From Eledone cirrhosa (Eukaryota), in contig OZ024741.1 in NCBI GenBank assembly GCA_964016885.1, forward strand, positions 17,918,001 through 17,982,000: a stretch of DNA of 64,000 nt, read 5' to 3'. Within the stretch, counting starts at the first letter, position 1. Each line of letters begins with the position of its first letter. Under the pieces are notes generated by a model that was given only the letters and a program-made list of their open reading frames with translations, was not told the DNA's origin and ran no database searches. The translations under genes and the position numbers were made by a program. Positions 1 to 10,829 of this stretch are shown one piece after another.

Positions 1-1391
1 TTGCGTTTGCCGCATTGGCTCAGCACGTCCTCTATCTCAGCAGCTGAAATCGGCTCCTCGCAGAACTTCGCCTCCCTGTCTGAGAGACGCGGCAGGCCGT
101 CGAGGTATGGACCGAAGTCCACGTCCCCAACCGGCCCCCGCCCCTTCCGAACAATCCGGCAAAGTGCTTTTGAAAAGCCTCGCACATCTGCTTAGGTTCA
201 AGGATCACCCGTCCATCCTGGTCTCGCAAAGACCGGATAGTGGATCTGCTCCCTCTTTTGGCTTCTGCCACTCGGGCCCAGCTAACAGCTTTGGTCCCCT
301 CGTTTCCCAGAGCACGTATTTTGCTTCGGACGATGCAGCCTTCGTGTTTCGCGTCGAAGAACTGGCCCAGGACCGTTCTCGACGCTAGCACTCTGGCCAC
401 GTCGCCGCTTCTAATTGCCTCTTCTACACTATCTACCAACTCCCTTTCCTTCCTATTTCTATTTGAGGCTAACTCCTTACTAAATTCTATAGAGACTACT
501 CTAATCTCTCTTTTGAGAGATCCCCACCACCTGCTGTTGACGATGACACCCGTCAACCGCACCTTAACTAAAGTGCTAATCCGGTTCCTGTAAGCCTTAC
601 TTGCCGGTAAGGACAAGTTGAGCTTCCAGTAACCGGGTCCCTGTCTATGAGTTCTGTCAAGGTTGACCATGCAGGTCACTAATTTGTGGTTTGAATAGCC
701 AACCATGCGCATTTTTGGACAACTTAAAAAGTCCTTATCCTTAATTCTAACTAAGAACCTATCTAGGTACGACCTAGATGATCCGCTACGATTTGCCCAA
801 GTCCAGGTTGGCACCGTCGGAAAATCTAGTCGATATCTATCGGCCAGGTCAAATCGACCGATTAACCCTTTGAGGCTATTACAACCCTCTCTATCGGGGC
901 ATGCCCCTACGTAGTCCCAGCGTGCATCTAGGATACCATTCCAGTCCCCCACTAATAGCAAGGAGCGGGACGTCCCTAGAAAAGTCTCCAGACGATGGAA
1001 GAAGTCCGGCCGCATTGACCCGAAAGGGCCGTAGGCGGCTACCAACCTAAACGCACCGCCTTTACCACTGCCAAGGTCCAGAACCACTAGTCGACCCATC
1101 CGGGTCCAAATGTACCATCTGTGTTGCGAGACCCAGATGTTTTTTCAGCAGAACGACAACTCCACCCCCACCTCCGGGCTGACAGAGAGATGCGTGCATC
1201 TCAAAGTCATCAAAGGTGGGGGCCAGCTGTCGCACGTTGCTGATCCGGGCCTCGCAAATAACCATCACATCTATACGTTGTGACCTGAGGTCATTTAGAA
1301 GCATTGCTTGCTTCCAAGTTGAGCCCAGGCCACGCGCATTTAAACAGCCTACTCTTAGCATAGCCATATTGGTGGTGAAGAGAAAAGGCAC
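1..1391 (-). pseudogene. Tx1 ORF2 apurinic-type endonuclease domain, frameshifted
   Basis: Motifs LNARGL, ICEAR, GDWN, SYLDR and YWKLN. The catalytic (S/T)DH reads SNH. Frameshift near 1090. Confidence 0.92.
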
Positions 1392-3032
1392 TTACCTCTC
1401 TGCGTCCCGGGTATCGAGCTGCACAATTTCCATTAGGGTGGGGGATGGGTTGTTGGGTGGGGTGGTGGTTTGTGGAAGTGTAGGGGCATCAGTGTGTTGT
1501 GTGGTTGGGGAGCTTGGAGTTGTGTGGGTGTTTGGGGAGGGGGTGGGGTAGTTTTTTAGGAGGACGCGGTTAATGGGCCCGACGCAGGGGGGACCCACGT
1601 CCTCTTTAAAATTGTTTTTTAAAGTTTTATAGGTGTCCTGTGGGGCCTTAATCATTTTGAGGTGGGGGAAATCCCCTGCCTGGGTGAAGTTAGGCCCTTG
1701 TGTTTTTATTAGATTGTTGTTGTACACAATGTTTAACAGTTTTTTGTTTCTTGTGTTTATGTATGTGTATGCATGTTTTTGTTTTTGTGTGGTGTTTTTG
1801 TTTGCTGTTGTTGTGAGCTCTTTTGTGTTGGTGTCAGTGTCATGTTTTGGGGAGGGGTTGTTTTCATTTGTGTGTCTGAGGTGTGTTTTCTTTTTTTTCT
1901 TTTGATTGTGTGGAAGTGCTCCTCCTCGTCTGACGACGAAGTAGGGTCATCTTCCGCGTTGGAGGGGAGGGGTATATTTTCGGGTTGTGTTTGCGGTGCG
2001 GGTGTTTTGGAAATTGTTTTTGTTTTTTGAATGGAGGGGATGGGTTGGACATTGTTTTGTTTTGGTTTGAGCTGTGGTGGTTGTTTTTGTAGTGGTAGTT
2101 GTGGTGATTGTGTTGGTTGTGCAGTTGTTGGTGGTGTAGGCAGGATTGGGGTTTTCTTATTAAGTTGGGGACAGACAGCCCTCAGGTGACCTCTGGTTCC
2201 GCAGAGGTAACACGAGGGCCGTCTACCCTCAACGGTAATGTTGATGAAGGATAGATCATCCAGTATGACGCGTTCAGGGATCTGGGCGATCCTTTCGGGC
2301 CTCATTTGAACTACAAGTTCGAGGCTCGTTCCACTGAACGCGTCACCCGATGCCTTTCCCATGGACACCAGCATGTCATCCTCCAGGTCCAGGAAACCTG
2401 TCAAAACCCACCATATGTCCATAATCGGCAGGATGGTGTGGATTTTTATTTTTTGTGTTCTTCTACCCATGTACGTAGGGTAGAAGGTGTATGCGGTGGA
2501 TGTGATTGGTTTGATGGACAGTTTCACTTCTGTGTCCCTGTCCTTCATGAGAATGGATTGACTCCCTTAGAGTCTATCCTTCTGAATGAAGGTGATGTCC
2601 TTCATGACGTCTTTTAAAACCAGCTCTATCTCACTCTGTGATGGTTGAGCTGACTTTTTACTTTTGTTCGAGATTGTCCTAAACATGACCGTGTTTAGGA
2701 GTCTCTGGCTTTTTAGTTCCGGGGGGGGAATGGATTGTGAATGAACCATTTTCTCCGTACACTATATATTTTTTCGCATCTGCCAGTAGCTCCTTCGCTT
2801 TGGTTATATCTACTGGCAGATAGTCGAGGGTTTTCCTTGTCGTCTCGGCGAAGGAGAAATTTTGTTTGTTTGTGTTGTTGTTGTCGTTGGTGGTGTTGTT
2901 GTTATCATTGTTGTTGTTGTCACCGTTATTGGTCTTGTTGTTGTTGTTATTGTTATTGGTGTTGTTTTCGTCCGTCGCATTGTTGTTGTTGTTGCTGTTG
3001 CTGGTGCCGCTGGTTCTTTGGGTTGTTGCCAT
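1392..3032 (-). pseudogene. Tx1 ORF1 (gag-like, CCHC zinc knuckle), disrupted
   Basis: Pieces at 2679-3032, 2567-2749, 1757-2548 and 1392-1727. Knuckle CYLCGTRGHLRAVC. SFAE and TVMFRTIS match SFAG and TVTYRTVS in the ORF1 at 62069-64000. Confidence 0.85.
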
Positions 3033-3126
3033 GGCAACGTCAAGTTGTCGGTTAACAGGTGGAGAGAATTCTTCCTCTGGCTGACCTTTCTTCTTGACCT
3101 CTGCTACTGTGACAGTATATAGATAA

Positions 3127-5032
3127 TTTTCTTTTTATTTGCCACCAGGGCATCAAAAAGTGGGACAAGTACAATGGGGGGAGTTTACATAACAAGGCGT
3201 CCTCAATAAGGAGGGGGCAATAACAAAATATAAAAATAAAATAAAATATAACAAGATAAAATTTATAACAAGATCCTCAATAGAGAGGAGACGCCTTGGG
3301 GGGTCGCACACACCCCCGAAAAAAGTGTGCAACCCTTCTCCTCAGGAGCACAGAGAAGGGGTGCTCCCTTGGTCTTTCATCTTCCTCACCTATAGTCTGA
3401 TGTAGAGTGAAGGCCCATTCACACGGGCCATTCTCGCCACTTTCACCCATCTTTCATAGAAACGGCTGGGGTGCAGCACCTCTCTCTCCATCCTGATCCT
3501 TCTTCGGAAATGATAACGGAAGAAACGGACCAGTTGTTGGCCAGAGAGAAAGGTGCCTGACCTCAGTCCTTTCAGACGCATCCACCATACAACCTCTTTC
3601 GCCATGGCTATTACGCACAGAAACACCGCCTCTGCTTCATCTTTGAAGGGGGGAGGCGGCTTGATCATTACAATAGACTCGGTGGTCAACCGGATCGGTC
3701 CCACCCTTGACAGCAGTTGTTCGACATAGCCCCACAGATCGGCTACGCCCGAGCAGTGTACCAATGCGTGTGCAACGGTTTCCTCGTCGCACACGCATCT
3801 GGGACAGATCTTTTTGGCGGGGTCCCTACCCGGGCGCCCGTGTCTGTAGAGCCTTTCTCGAACGGGTAAAGCCCCTCGGTAGCACTGCCAGGCCAGGGAC
3901 TTCTGGAAGTTGTCCATAGGTCCCGGGCTGAATGTCCTACCGAACAGGCTGGCCAGTTCGTCCTCCTCCATGTCTAGGGCTTCTCCGAGGGCGTCGTCGC
4001 ACCTGCTGCGTACCAGCCCTCTATAGAATGTTGCGGTGGAGTCTCCACTGATAACCGGATCCGCCTGCCAGAGGGCGGTGAGCGCCTGGGCACACTCAGT
4101 GTGCCAGGCGCCCAGTTTTCTCGGTCTTTGCTTGACCCAGGATTGCAGCTCGGTGAGTGAGACGAGTCTGGGAAAGGTTCGTCTCACAAACGAGGCCCAC
4201 ACCGGTTGTCCGGTGAGGAATACGTAGAGGTGCCGTAGCCTTAATGCGTGTTTACGCATCATTAGCCACGGCATCCCCAGCCCTCCTTTCGAAGGGTGTT
4301 GACAGCAGATGGATCTCCTCACCGTAGGAGCCCGCCTCTTCCAAAGGAATTGGAAGAGCGCGCGCTCCATCTTGGTGAGGTTTCCCTTGGGCAGGGCACT
4401 ACGGTCAGGCGGTAGTAGATGACGGACGCTATGTAGGTGTTCGCCACCTCCGCCCGACCTTTCAGGGATAGTTTGCAACTGGCCCACTTCTGGGTCAGTG
4501 CAAACACCCTGTTCGTAACCTCCGCCCAGTTTTTCTCCACCTGGAGGTCCGGTCCGAACCAGACCCCGAGCAACTTCACCGGGCCCTCCGTCCAGCGTCC
4601 GACGACGCCATCGGAGGGCATCGGTCTGCCCCTCCACGTGCCGAGTTGCAAACCGATCGACTTGTCCCGGTTCAGCTTAGCCCCTGTGAACTTTTCGTAC
4701 TCCTCCAGTAAGGTGCCGACCGCCTCGATTTCGGAGGCCGTCGACACCATTACTGTCACGTCATCGGCGTAGGCCGACACCGCTTTCCGCAATCCCGGTT
4801 CCAACGGGATGCCCTGCAACAACTCCAACTTCCGCAGTAGTGGCTCGAGAGTCAACACATACAGAAGGGAGGAGAGAGGGCACCCTTGTCGGATGGACTG
4901 CGCGATTTTGAACGGCTCCGAGAGGTAGCCGTTCACCTTGACCCTAGAGCAGATGCGGCTGCTGTGCATGGCATTGATCCAGCCCCTGAAAACGGGTCCG
5001 AAGCCTGCCGCCGCTAGCACCGCATCCAGGTA
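3127..5032 (-). mobile_element. Tx1 copy B, 5'-truncated (RT C-half, cysteine-rich domain, 3' UTR), with 15-bp target-site duplication
   Basis: QGCPLS and YADD in ORF 4319-5020; CPRC..HALVHC in ORF 3390-4637. ACAGTATATAGATAA occurs at both 3112-3126 and 5033-5047. Confidence 0.93.
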
Positions 5033-5035
5033 ACA

Positions 5036-6019
5036 GTATATAGATAAATAGCTGTATAGCTGTATAGCTGTATAGTTGTATAGCTGTATAGATATATAGC
5101 TGTATAGATATATAGATATATAGCTGTATAGCTGTATAGTTGTTTAGTTGTATAGATATATAGCTGTATAGTTGTATAGTTGTATAGATATATAGCTGTA
5201 TAGATATATAGCTGTATAGATATATAGCTGTATAGTTGGATAGTTGTATAGATATATAGCTGTATAGTTGTATAGCTGTATAGATATATAGCTGTATAGA
5301 TATATAGCTGTATAGTTATATAGTTGTATAGATATATAGCTGTATAGATATATAGATATATAGCTGTATAGCTGTATAGTTGTATAGTTGTATAGATATA
5401 TAGATATATAGCTGTATAGCTGTATAGCTGTATAGTTGAATAGCTGTATAGATATATAGCTGTATAGTTGAATAGCTGTATAGATATATAGCTGTATAGA
5501 TATATAGATATATAGCTGTATAGCTGTATAGCTGTATAGTTGTGTAGTTGTTTAGTTGTATAGCTGTATAGATATATAGCTGTATAGTTGTATAGCTGTA
5601 TAGATATATAGCTGTATAGATATATAGATAAATAGCTGTATAGCTGTATAGCTGTATAGCTGTATAGTTGTATAGCTGTATAGATATATAGCTGTATAGA
5701 TATATAGCTGTATAGTTGAATAGCTGTATAGATATATAGCTGTATAGATATATAGATATATAGCTGTATAGCTGTATAGCTGTATAGTTGTGTAGTTGTT
5801 TAGTTGTATAGCTGTATAGATATATAGCTGTATAGATATATAGCTGTATAGTTGTATAGTTGTATAGTTGTATAGTTGTATAGCTGTATAGCTGTATAGT
5901 TGTATAGCTGTATAGCTGTATAGCTGTATAGTTGTATAGTTGTATAGCTGTATATATATAGAGATATATTGCTGTATAGCTGTATAGCTGTATAGTTGTC
6001 TAGCTGTATAGATATATAT
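5036..6019. repeat. 8-bp compound microsatellite (TATAGCTG/TATAGTTG/TATAGATA)n
   Basis: Directly visible; a degenerate continuation lies at 7074-7158. Confidence 0.97.
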
Positions 6020-7073
6020 GTTTCCTTATTAGCCACAGGGGCACAAAAGAAGGGGACAAATACAAAGGGGGAAGTTTACATACAATAAAAACGTGTAAAA
6101 TACTATCACAAATGAAATTTAAAAGTTAATCGATTTTCCCCAATAGGGGGAGACATTTCATATACAAAAAATGTGCAACCCTCATCTCCAGGAGTACGAA
6201 GAGTTTGTTCCCCTTTCCTCTCTTCCTCTTTTTCCTCAACCTACAGGCTGATATAGAGATAAGGCCCATTCACTCGGGCTATTCTCGCCACTTTCACCCA
6301 TCATTCATAAAACTTGCTGGGGGACAGTACCTCTCTCTCCATCCTGATTCTTCTTCTAAAGTGGTATTTGAAAAAAAGAATCAGTTGTTGGCCGGAGAGA
6401 AAGGTGTCTGACCTCAGCCCTTTTAACCTTGTCCACCATACAACCTCTTTCGCCATAGCTATCACACAAAGGAAAACCGCCTCTCCTTCGTTTTTGAAGG
6501 AGGGTGGCGGTTTGATCATGACAATGGACTCGGTGGTCAACCGGATTGGTCCCATCCGCGACGGTTTCTTCGTCTCGCATGCATCTCGGACAGATCTTTT
6601 TCGAAGGGTCCCTGCCCGGGCGCCCATGTCTAGAGCTTGTCTCGAACTGGTAGAGCTCCTCGGTAGCACTGCCAGGGACTTTTGGAAGTTGTCCATCGGT
6701 CCCGGGCGGAAGGTCCTACCGAACAGACTGGCCAGTTCGTCTTCCTCTACGCCTAGAGTTTCTCCAAGCGCGTCGTTGCACTTGCTACGGATCAACCCTC
6801 TATAGAATGACGAAGTGGAGTGGAGTCTCCACTGATCGCCGGGTCCGCCTGCCAGAGGTCTGTGAGCGCCTGAGCACATTCGATGTGCCAGTCGCCCATT
6901 TTCCTCGGTCTTTGCTTGACCCAGGACTGCAGCTCGGTCAGCGAGACGAGTCGTGGGAAGGCTCGCCTCACGAACGGGGCCCACATCCGTTGTCCGGTGA
7001 GGAATACGTAGAGATGCCGCATCCTGAGCGCGTGTTTGCGCATCGTCAGCCACGGCATCCCCAGTCCTCCCCC
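6020..7073 (-). mobile_element. Tx1 copy C, 3' fragment with frameshifts and an internal deletion
   Basis: GGGLGMPWL...GPMDNFQKSLA...EVVWW, homologous to copy B. The HALVHC segment is deleted near 6557. Confidence 0.9.
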
Positions 7074-7159
7074 AGCTATATAACTATACATCAGTTGTAT
7101 AACTGTATAGCTCTATAGCTATACAGCTATATAGATATATAGCTGTATAGCTATATATC

Positions 7160-7430
7160 TATATAGATGTATAGATACCGTTAATGTATCTTTTCTTGGT
7201 TATGTCAAAATTTATAAAACAAACTTTGTATTTTATCTGATGAAAGCGTACCAAAGTTTTGGTACCCTTGAAATATATATAATAGAATATATATGATCTT
7301 ATAAATATAGTTTCCATTTATTTAATATCATTGAATATTATACTCCAGAAACTTGTTGAGTGCTCTGAATCAGTTATAAACATTTATATTTGTTGAATTA
7401 CCAACAAATTGAATATCCCTTTTGCTTATA
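7160..7430 (+). mobile_element. PLE 3' end (pLTR fragment)
   Basis: Hammerhead at 7227-7291, then the ACTC..TTGAGT hairpin (7342-7361), ending in (TA)n. Confidence 0.6.
7227..7291 (+). ncRNA. Minimal type I hammerhead ribozyme
   Basis: tgtattttat-CTGATGA-aagcgtaccaa(agtt)ttggtaccctt-GAAA-tatata-TA-atagaatata; 10-bp stem I, palindromic stem III. Confidence 0.8.
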
Positions 7431-7440
7431 TATATATATA

Positions 7441-7657
7441 ACCAAAAGTTAAACAATGAATATACTTTTACAATAGAATAGAAGCACTCAACAGTGAGTT
7501 TTCTGGAGTTATTAATATTAATTCAAAATATTAATAAATGTAGACATTCACGTAATCAAAATATATTTTATTATATATATTTCGTATATGCACAGTACCT
7601 CTGAATATATTTTGATTACGTGAATGTCTACATTTATTAATATTTTGAATTAATATT
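7441..7657 (-). mobile_element. PLE 3'-end fragment with inverted arm
   Basis: 7514-7567 is the exact reverse complement of 7604-7657. The long arm matches 16706-16834. (TA)n flanks both sides. Confidence 0.65.
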
Positions 7658-7658
7658 T

Positions 7659-7706
<48 letters not shown>

Positions 7707-7759
7707 AATAGTGAAAACAATGAAATTAAACAAAACACGGTTAATTCATAGTAAAACTC

Positions 7760-7895
7760 ATTATTTTACGATCGTTTCTGGGGGGGTAGTTCCCCGTAAG
7801 TCCATTCTATTATTGATCTATGTAAAATATATTACAAATTATCATAGTAAGAAAATATACATACTTCTTCTCTACTTGCCGTCTTCAGAAATAAT
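7760..7895 (-). ncRNA. Hammerhead ribozyme with ~100-nt domain II, in a PLE-like 3' fragment (7705-7895)
   Basis: attattt-CTGAAGA-[~100 nt]-GAAAC-gatc-GTA-aaataat; perfect 7-bp stem I, palindromic loop III. Confidence 0.65.
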
Positions 7896-8028
7896 TGTTT
7901 CTACTTTAGGCACAAGGCCAGCAATTATCCAGTGCATTACTGGTACTTTATTTTATCGACCCCGTAAGGATGAAAGGCAAAGTCAACCTCGGCGGGATTT
8001 GAACTCAGATCGTAAAGGGACGTAACTA
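7896..8028 (-). mobile_element. tRNA-derived SINE (Meta-domain-like), 5'-truncated, with 19-bp TSD
   Basis: B-box GAGTTCAAATCC followed by GACTTTGCCTTTCATCCT..GGGTCGATAAA. TGCCGTCTTCAGAAATAAT occurs at 7877-7895 and 8029-8047. Confidence 0.8.
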
Positions 8029-8182
8029 TGCCGTCTTCAGAAATAATGTATATATATATATACATACATGTATATATATGTACATACACACACACACATA
8101 TATATATAGAGAGAGAGTTTCAGAAGATCCCGTTAAGGGTGAAAGCAGCGATTCTTTGCTTAAACTTTAATCTGTTATTTTA

Positions 8183-8218
<36 letters not shown>

Positions 8219-8639
8219 TTACATAAATTGTATATATATCCATATATAATATATATATATATGTGAGTAGGGAAATATATACAGGTCTCTCTCTCTATAT
8301 ATACGGGTCTGTATATATATATAGTTACATTTAGTGTATATAAATACCTGTGTGAGTGTGTGGTGTGTGTGTGTGTGTGGTGATAGGTGGGTTAGTTTCC
8401 CCCCCTCCTCCACCAAAGACCCCCTATAACAACAAGAAGCCCACCCCGGTGTACTATAAACAGTCAGTGACAGGAAAGTCACACTGTAAAAACTGTTTGA
8501 TTAAAACAAGATGTAGATTAACAGCCACCCTACTGTAGTGGGGTGGAGGTACAGGTGGTAGTGTGAGGTGGGGTGAGGGTAAAGGTGGTGGGGAGTGGAG
8601 AGTAGGGGTAAAGGTGGTGTGGGGATATACAGATAGGGG

Positions 8640-9555
8640 GGTGAAGGTGGTGGTGGTGGTGGTAGTGGTAGTAGTGGTGGTGGTGGTGGTAGTGGCAGTA
8701 GTGGTGGTGGTGATGGTGGTGGTGGTAGTGGTAGTAGTAGCGGTAGTAGTGGTAGTGGTAGTGATAGTAGCAGTGGTAGTAATAGTGGTGGTGGTAGTGG
8801 TAGTAGTAGAGGTGGTGGTGTTAGTGGTGGTGGTAGTGGTGGTGGTGGTGGTAGTAGTGGTGGTGGTAGTGGTAGTAGTGGTGGTGGTAGTGGTGGTGGT
8901 AGTAGTGGTGGTAGCGGTAGTGGTGGTGGTAGTGGTGGTGGTAGTGGTGGTAGTAGTGTTGGTAGTGGTAGTGGTAGTTTTAGTGGTAGTAGTAGTAGTG
9001 GTGGTGGTAGTGGTAGTAGTGGTGGTAGTGGTAGTGGTAGTGGTAGTGGTGGTAGTGGTAGTAGTAGTGGTGGTGGTAGTGTTGGTGGTAGTGGTAGTAG
9101 CGGTGGTGGTGGTAGTGGTAGATGTAGTAGTAGTAGTGGTGAGGGTAGTGGTGCTGTTAGTGGTAGTATTGGTGGTAGTGGTAGTGCTAGTGGTAGTAGT
9201 AGTGGTAGTGGTAGTGGTAGTGGTAGTAGTAGTAGTGGTGGTGGTAGTGTTAGTAGTGGTGGTAGTGGTAGTGGTAGTAGTAGTAGTAGTAGTAGCAGTA
9301 GTAGTAGTAGTAGTAGTAGTGGTGGTATTGTTGGTGGTAGTGGTAGTAGTGGTGGTAGTGGTAGTGGTAGTGGTAGTGGTAGTAGTAGTGGTAGTGGTGT
9401 TGGAGGTGGTGGTAGTGGTAGTGTTGGTGGTAGTGGTAGTGGTAGTGGTAGTGGTAGTAGTAGTGGTAGTGGTGTTGCAGGTGGTGGTAGTGTTGGAGGT
9501 GGTGGTAGTGGTGGTGGTGGTGGTGGTAGTAGTGGTGGTGGTAGTAGTAGTGTTG
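8640..9555. repeat. (GTG/GTA)n trinucleotide tract
   Basis: Directly visible; it produces the spurious poly-Val ORF. Confidence 0.97.
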
Positions 9556-9696
9556 TATGATATTATTTACTATTGTTTAGAGTCAGGTCAACCCTGCCAC
9601 AGCAGTAAACCTTCCTTTAAAGATATTCCAGAAATGACCATCACTTTAGTTATGTATCTTTCTATCTAATAATCTTATATCTAATGTGGCCTTCTT

Positions 9697-9860
9697 TGTT
9701 GTTGTTGTTGTTGTTGTTGCTGTTGTTGCTGCAGTTGTTGTCGTTGTCATCGTTGTTGTTGTCAGCAGCCTATTGTTGCTGTTGTTGTTTTTGCTGTGAT
9801 TGTTGTTGTTCTTATTGTTGTTATTGTTGTTGTCGTTGCTGTTGTTATTGTTGTTTCTGT
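9697..9860. repeat. (GTT)n tract
   Basis: Directly visible. Confidence 0.95.
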
Positions 9861-10169
9861 TGATGTTTAACCCCAGTTCAACCCAACCTATTATTAAAGT
9901 CATTCCAGTAATCTGATACAATGTATCTAGGACTACAACCCACCTCAAGGTAACTATTATTGGTTTTTTGTTTGTTTGTTTGTTTTTTATTTAGGCACAA
10001 AGCCAGCAAATTTAGACGGAAGGCAAAGTTGATTAAATCAAACCCAGTATTTTACTGGTACTTCATTTTATCGTTGACCTCGACGGGATTTGAATTCAGA
10101 ATGCAGAGAGTCAGAACAAATAAAGAAATTGAATTTTATCCTAAAAGTCTAAAGTCTGCTCCCGGATCA

Positions 10170-10662
10170 GCGGCTCATCAAACCTGTGATTATCCCGGTT
10201 TCTGTGGTGTTAAGTGGCTGGGAGTACAAGACCCGCCCCCCTCCCACCGAACAGGGCACCAAACCATCACAGGGTTAAAGTATCTTGCAAGCCCAAGGGC
10301 TCATCAAGCCGGTGATTATCTCGGTTTCTGTGGTGTTAAACGACTGGGAGTATAAGACTCTCCCCTGAACAGGGCACCAGGCCATCACAGGATTAAAGCC
10401 TGTTGCAAGCCCAAGATCTTATTGGGCCAGTGACTATCCTGGTTTCTGTGGTGTTAAGTGACTGAGAGTACAAAACTCTCCGCTGGACAGGAGGCCTGTC
10501 AATCACAGGGTTAAACCCTCGGTTATTACTGGTACTAATTTTCAGCTGAGTATACTTGAGCAACGGGAAATGAAGTGTTCAGCTCAAAAACATCGAACCC
10601 AGCGCAGGAATTGAAACCACGACGTTATGATCATAAGTACAACACCCTTACCACTTGGCCAC
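10170..10662 (-). mobile_element. tRNA-derived SINE with triplicated 3' segment
   Basis: A-box GTGGCCAAGTGG and B-box GGTTTCAATTCC on the minus strand. A ~125-bp unit (GGTTTCTGTGGTGTTAA..ATCACAGG) occurs three times. Confidence 0.7.
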
Positions 10663-10829
10663 TTATCTGACGCTCTAGCAATTCTGCCAATTCACTACCC
10701 TCAAGAGATATATTACAACGTAACTCTATACGTTAAAGCATGGCGTCCGACCCTCTACCGATACTGCCAATCCACTGTTCCTTGGTCAGCGATGTTCTAT
10801 ACATGGCCATAGAGTAATGGTGGTAGTAC

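Larger units (their letters stand above)
1..3111 (-). mobile_element. Tx1/L1-clade non-LTR retrotransposon, copy A (5' UTR, ORF1 and 5' part of ORF2; continues past window start), decayed
   Basis: Frameshifted ORF1 and ORF2 pieces are colinear and homologous with the intact element at 58351-64000. Confidence 0.93.
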
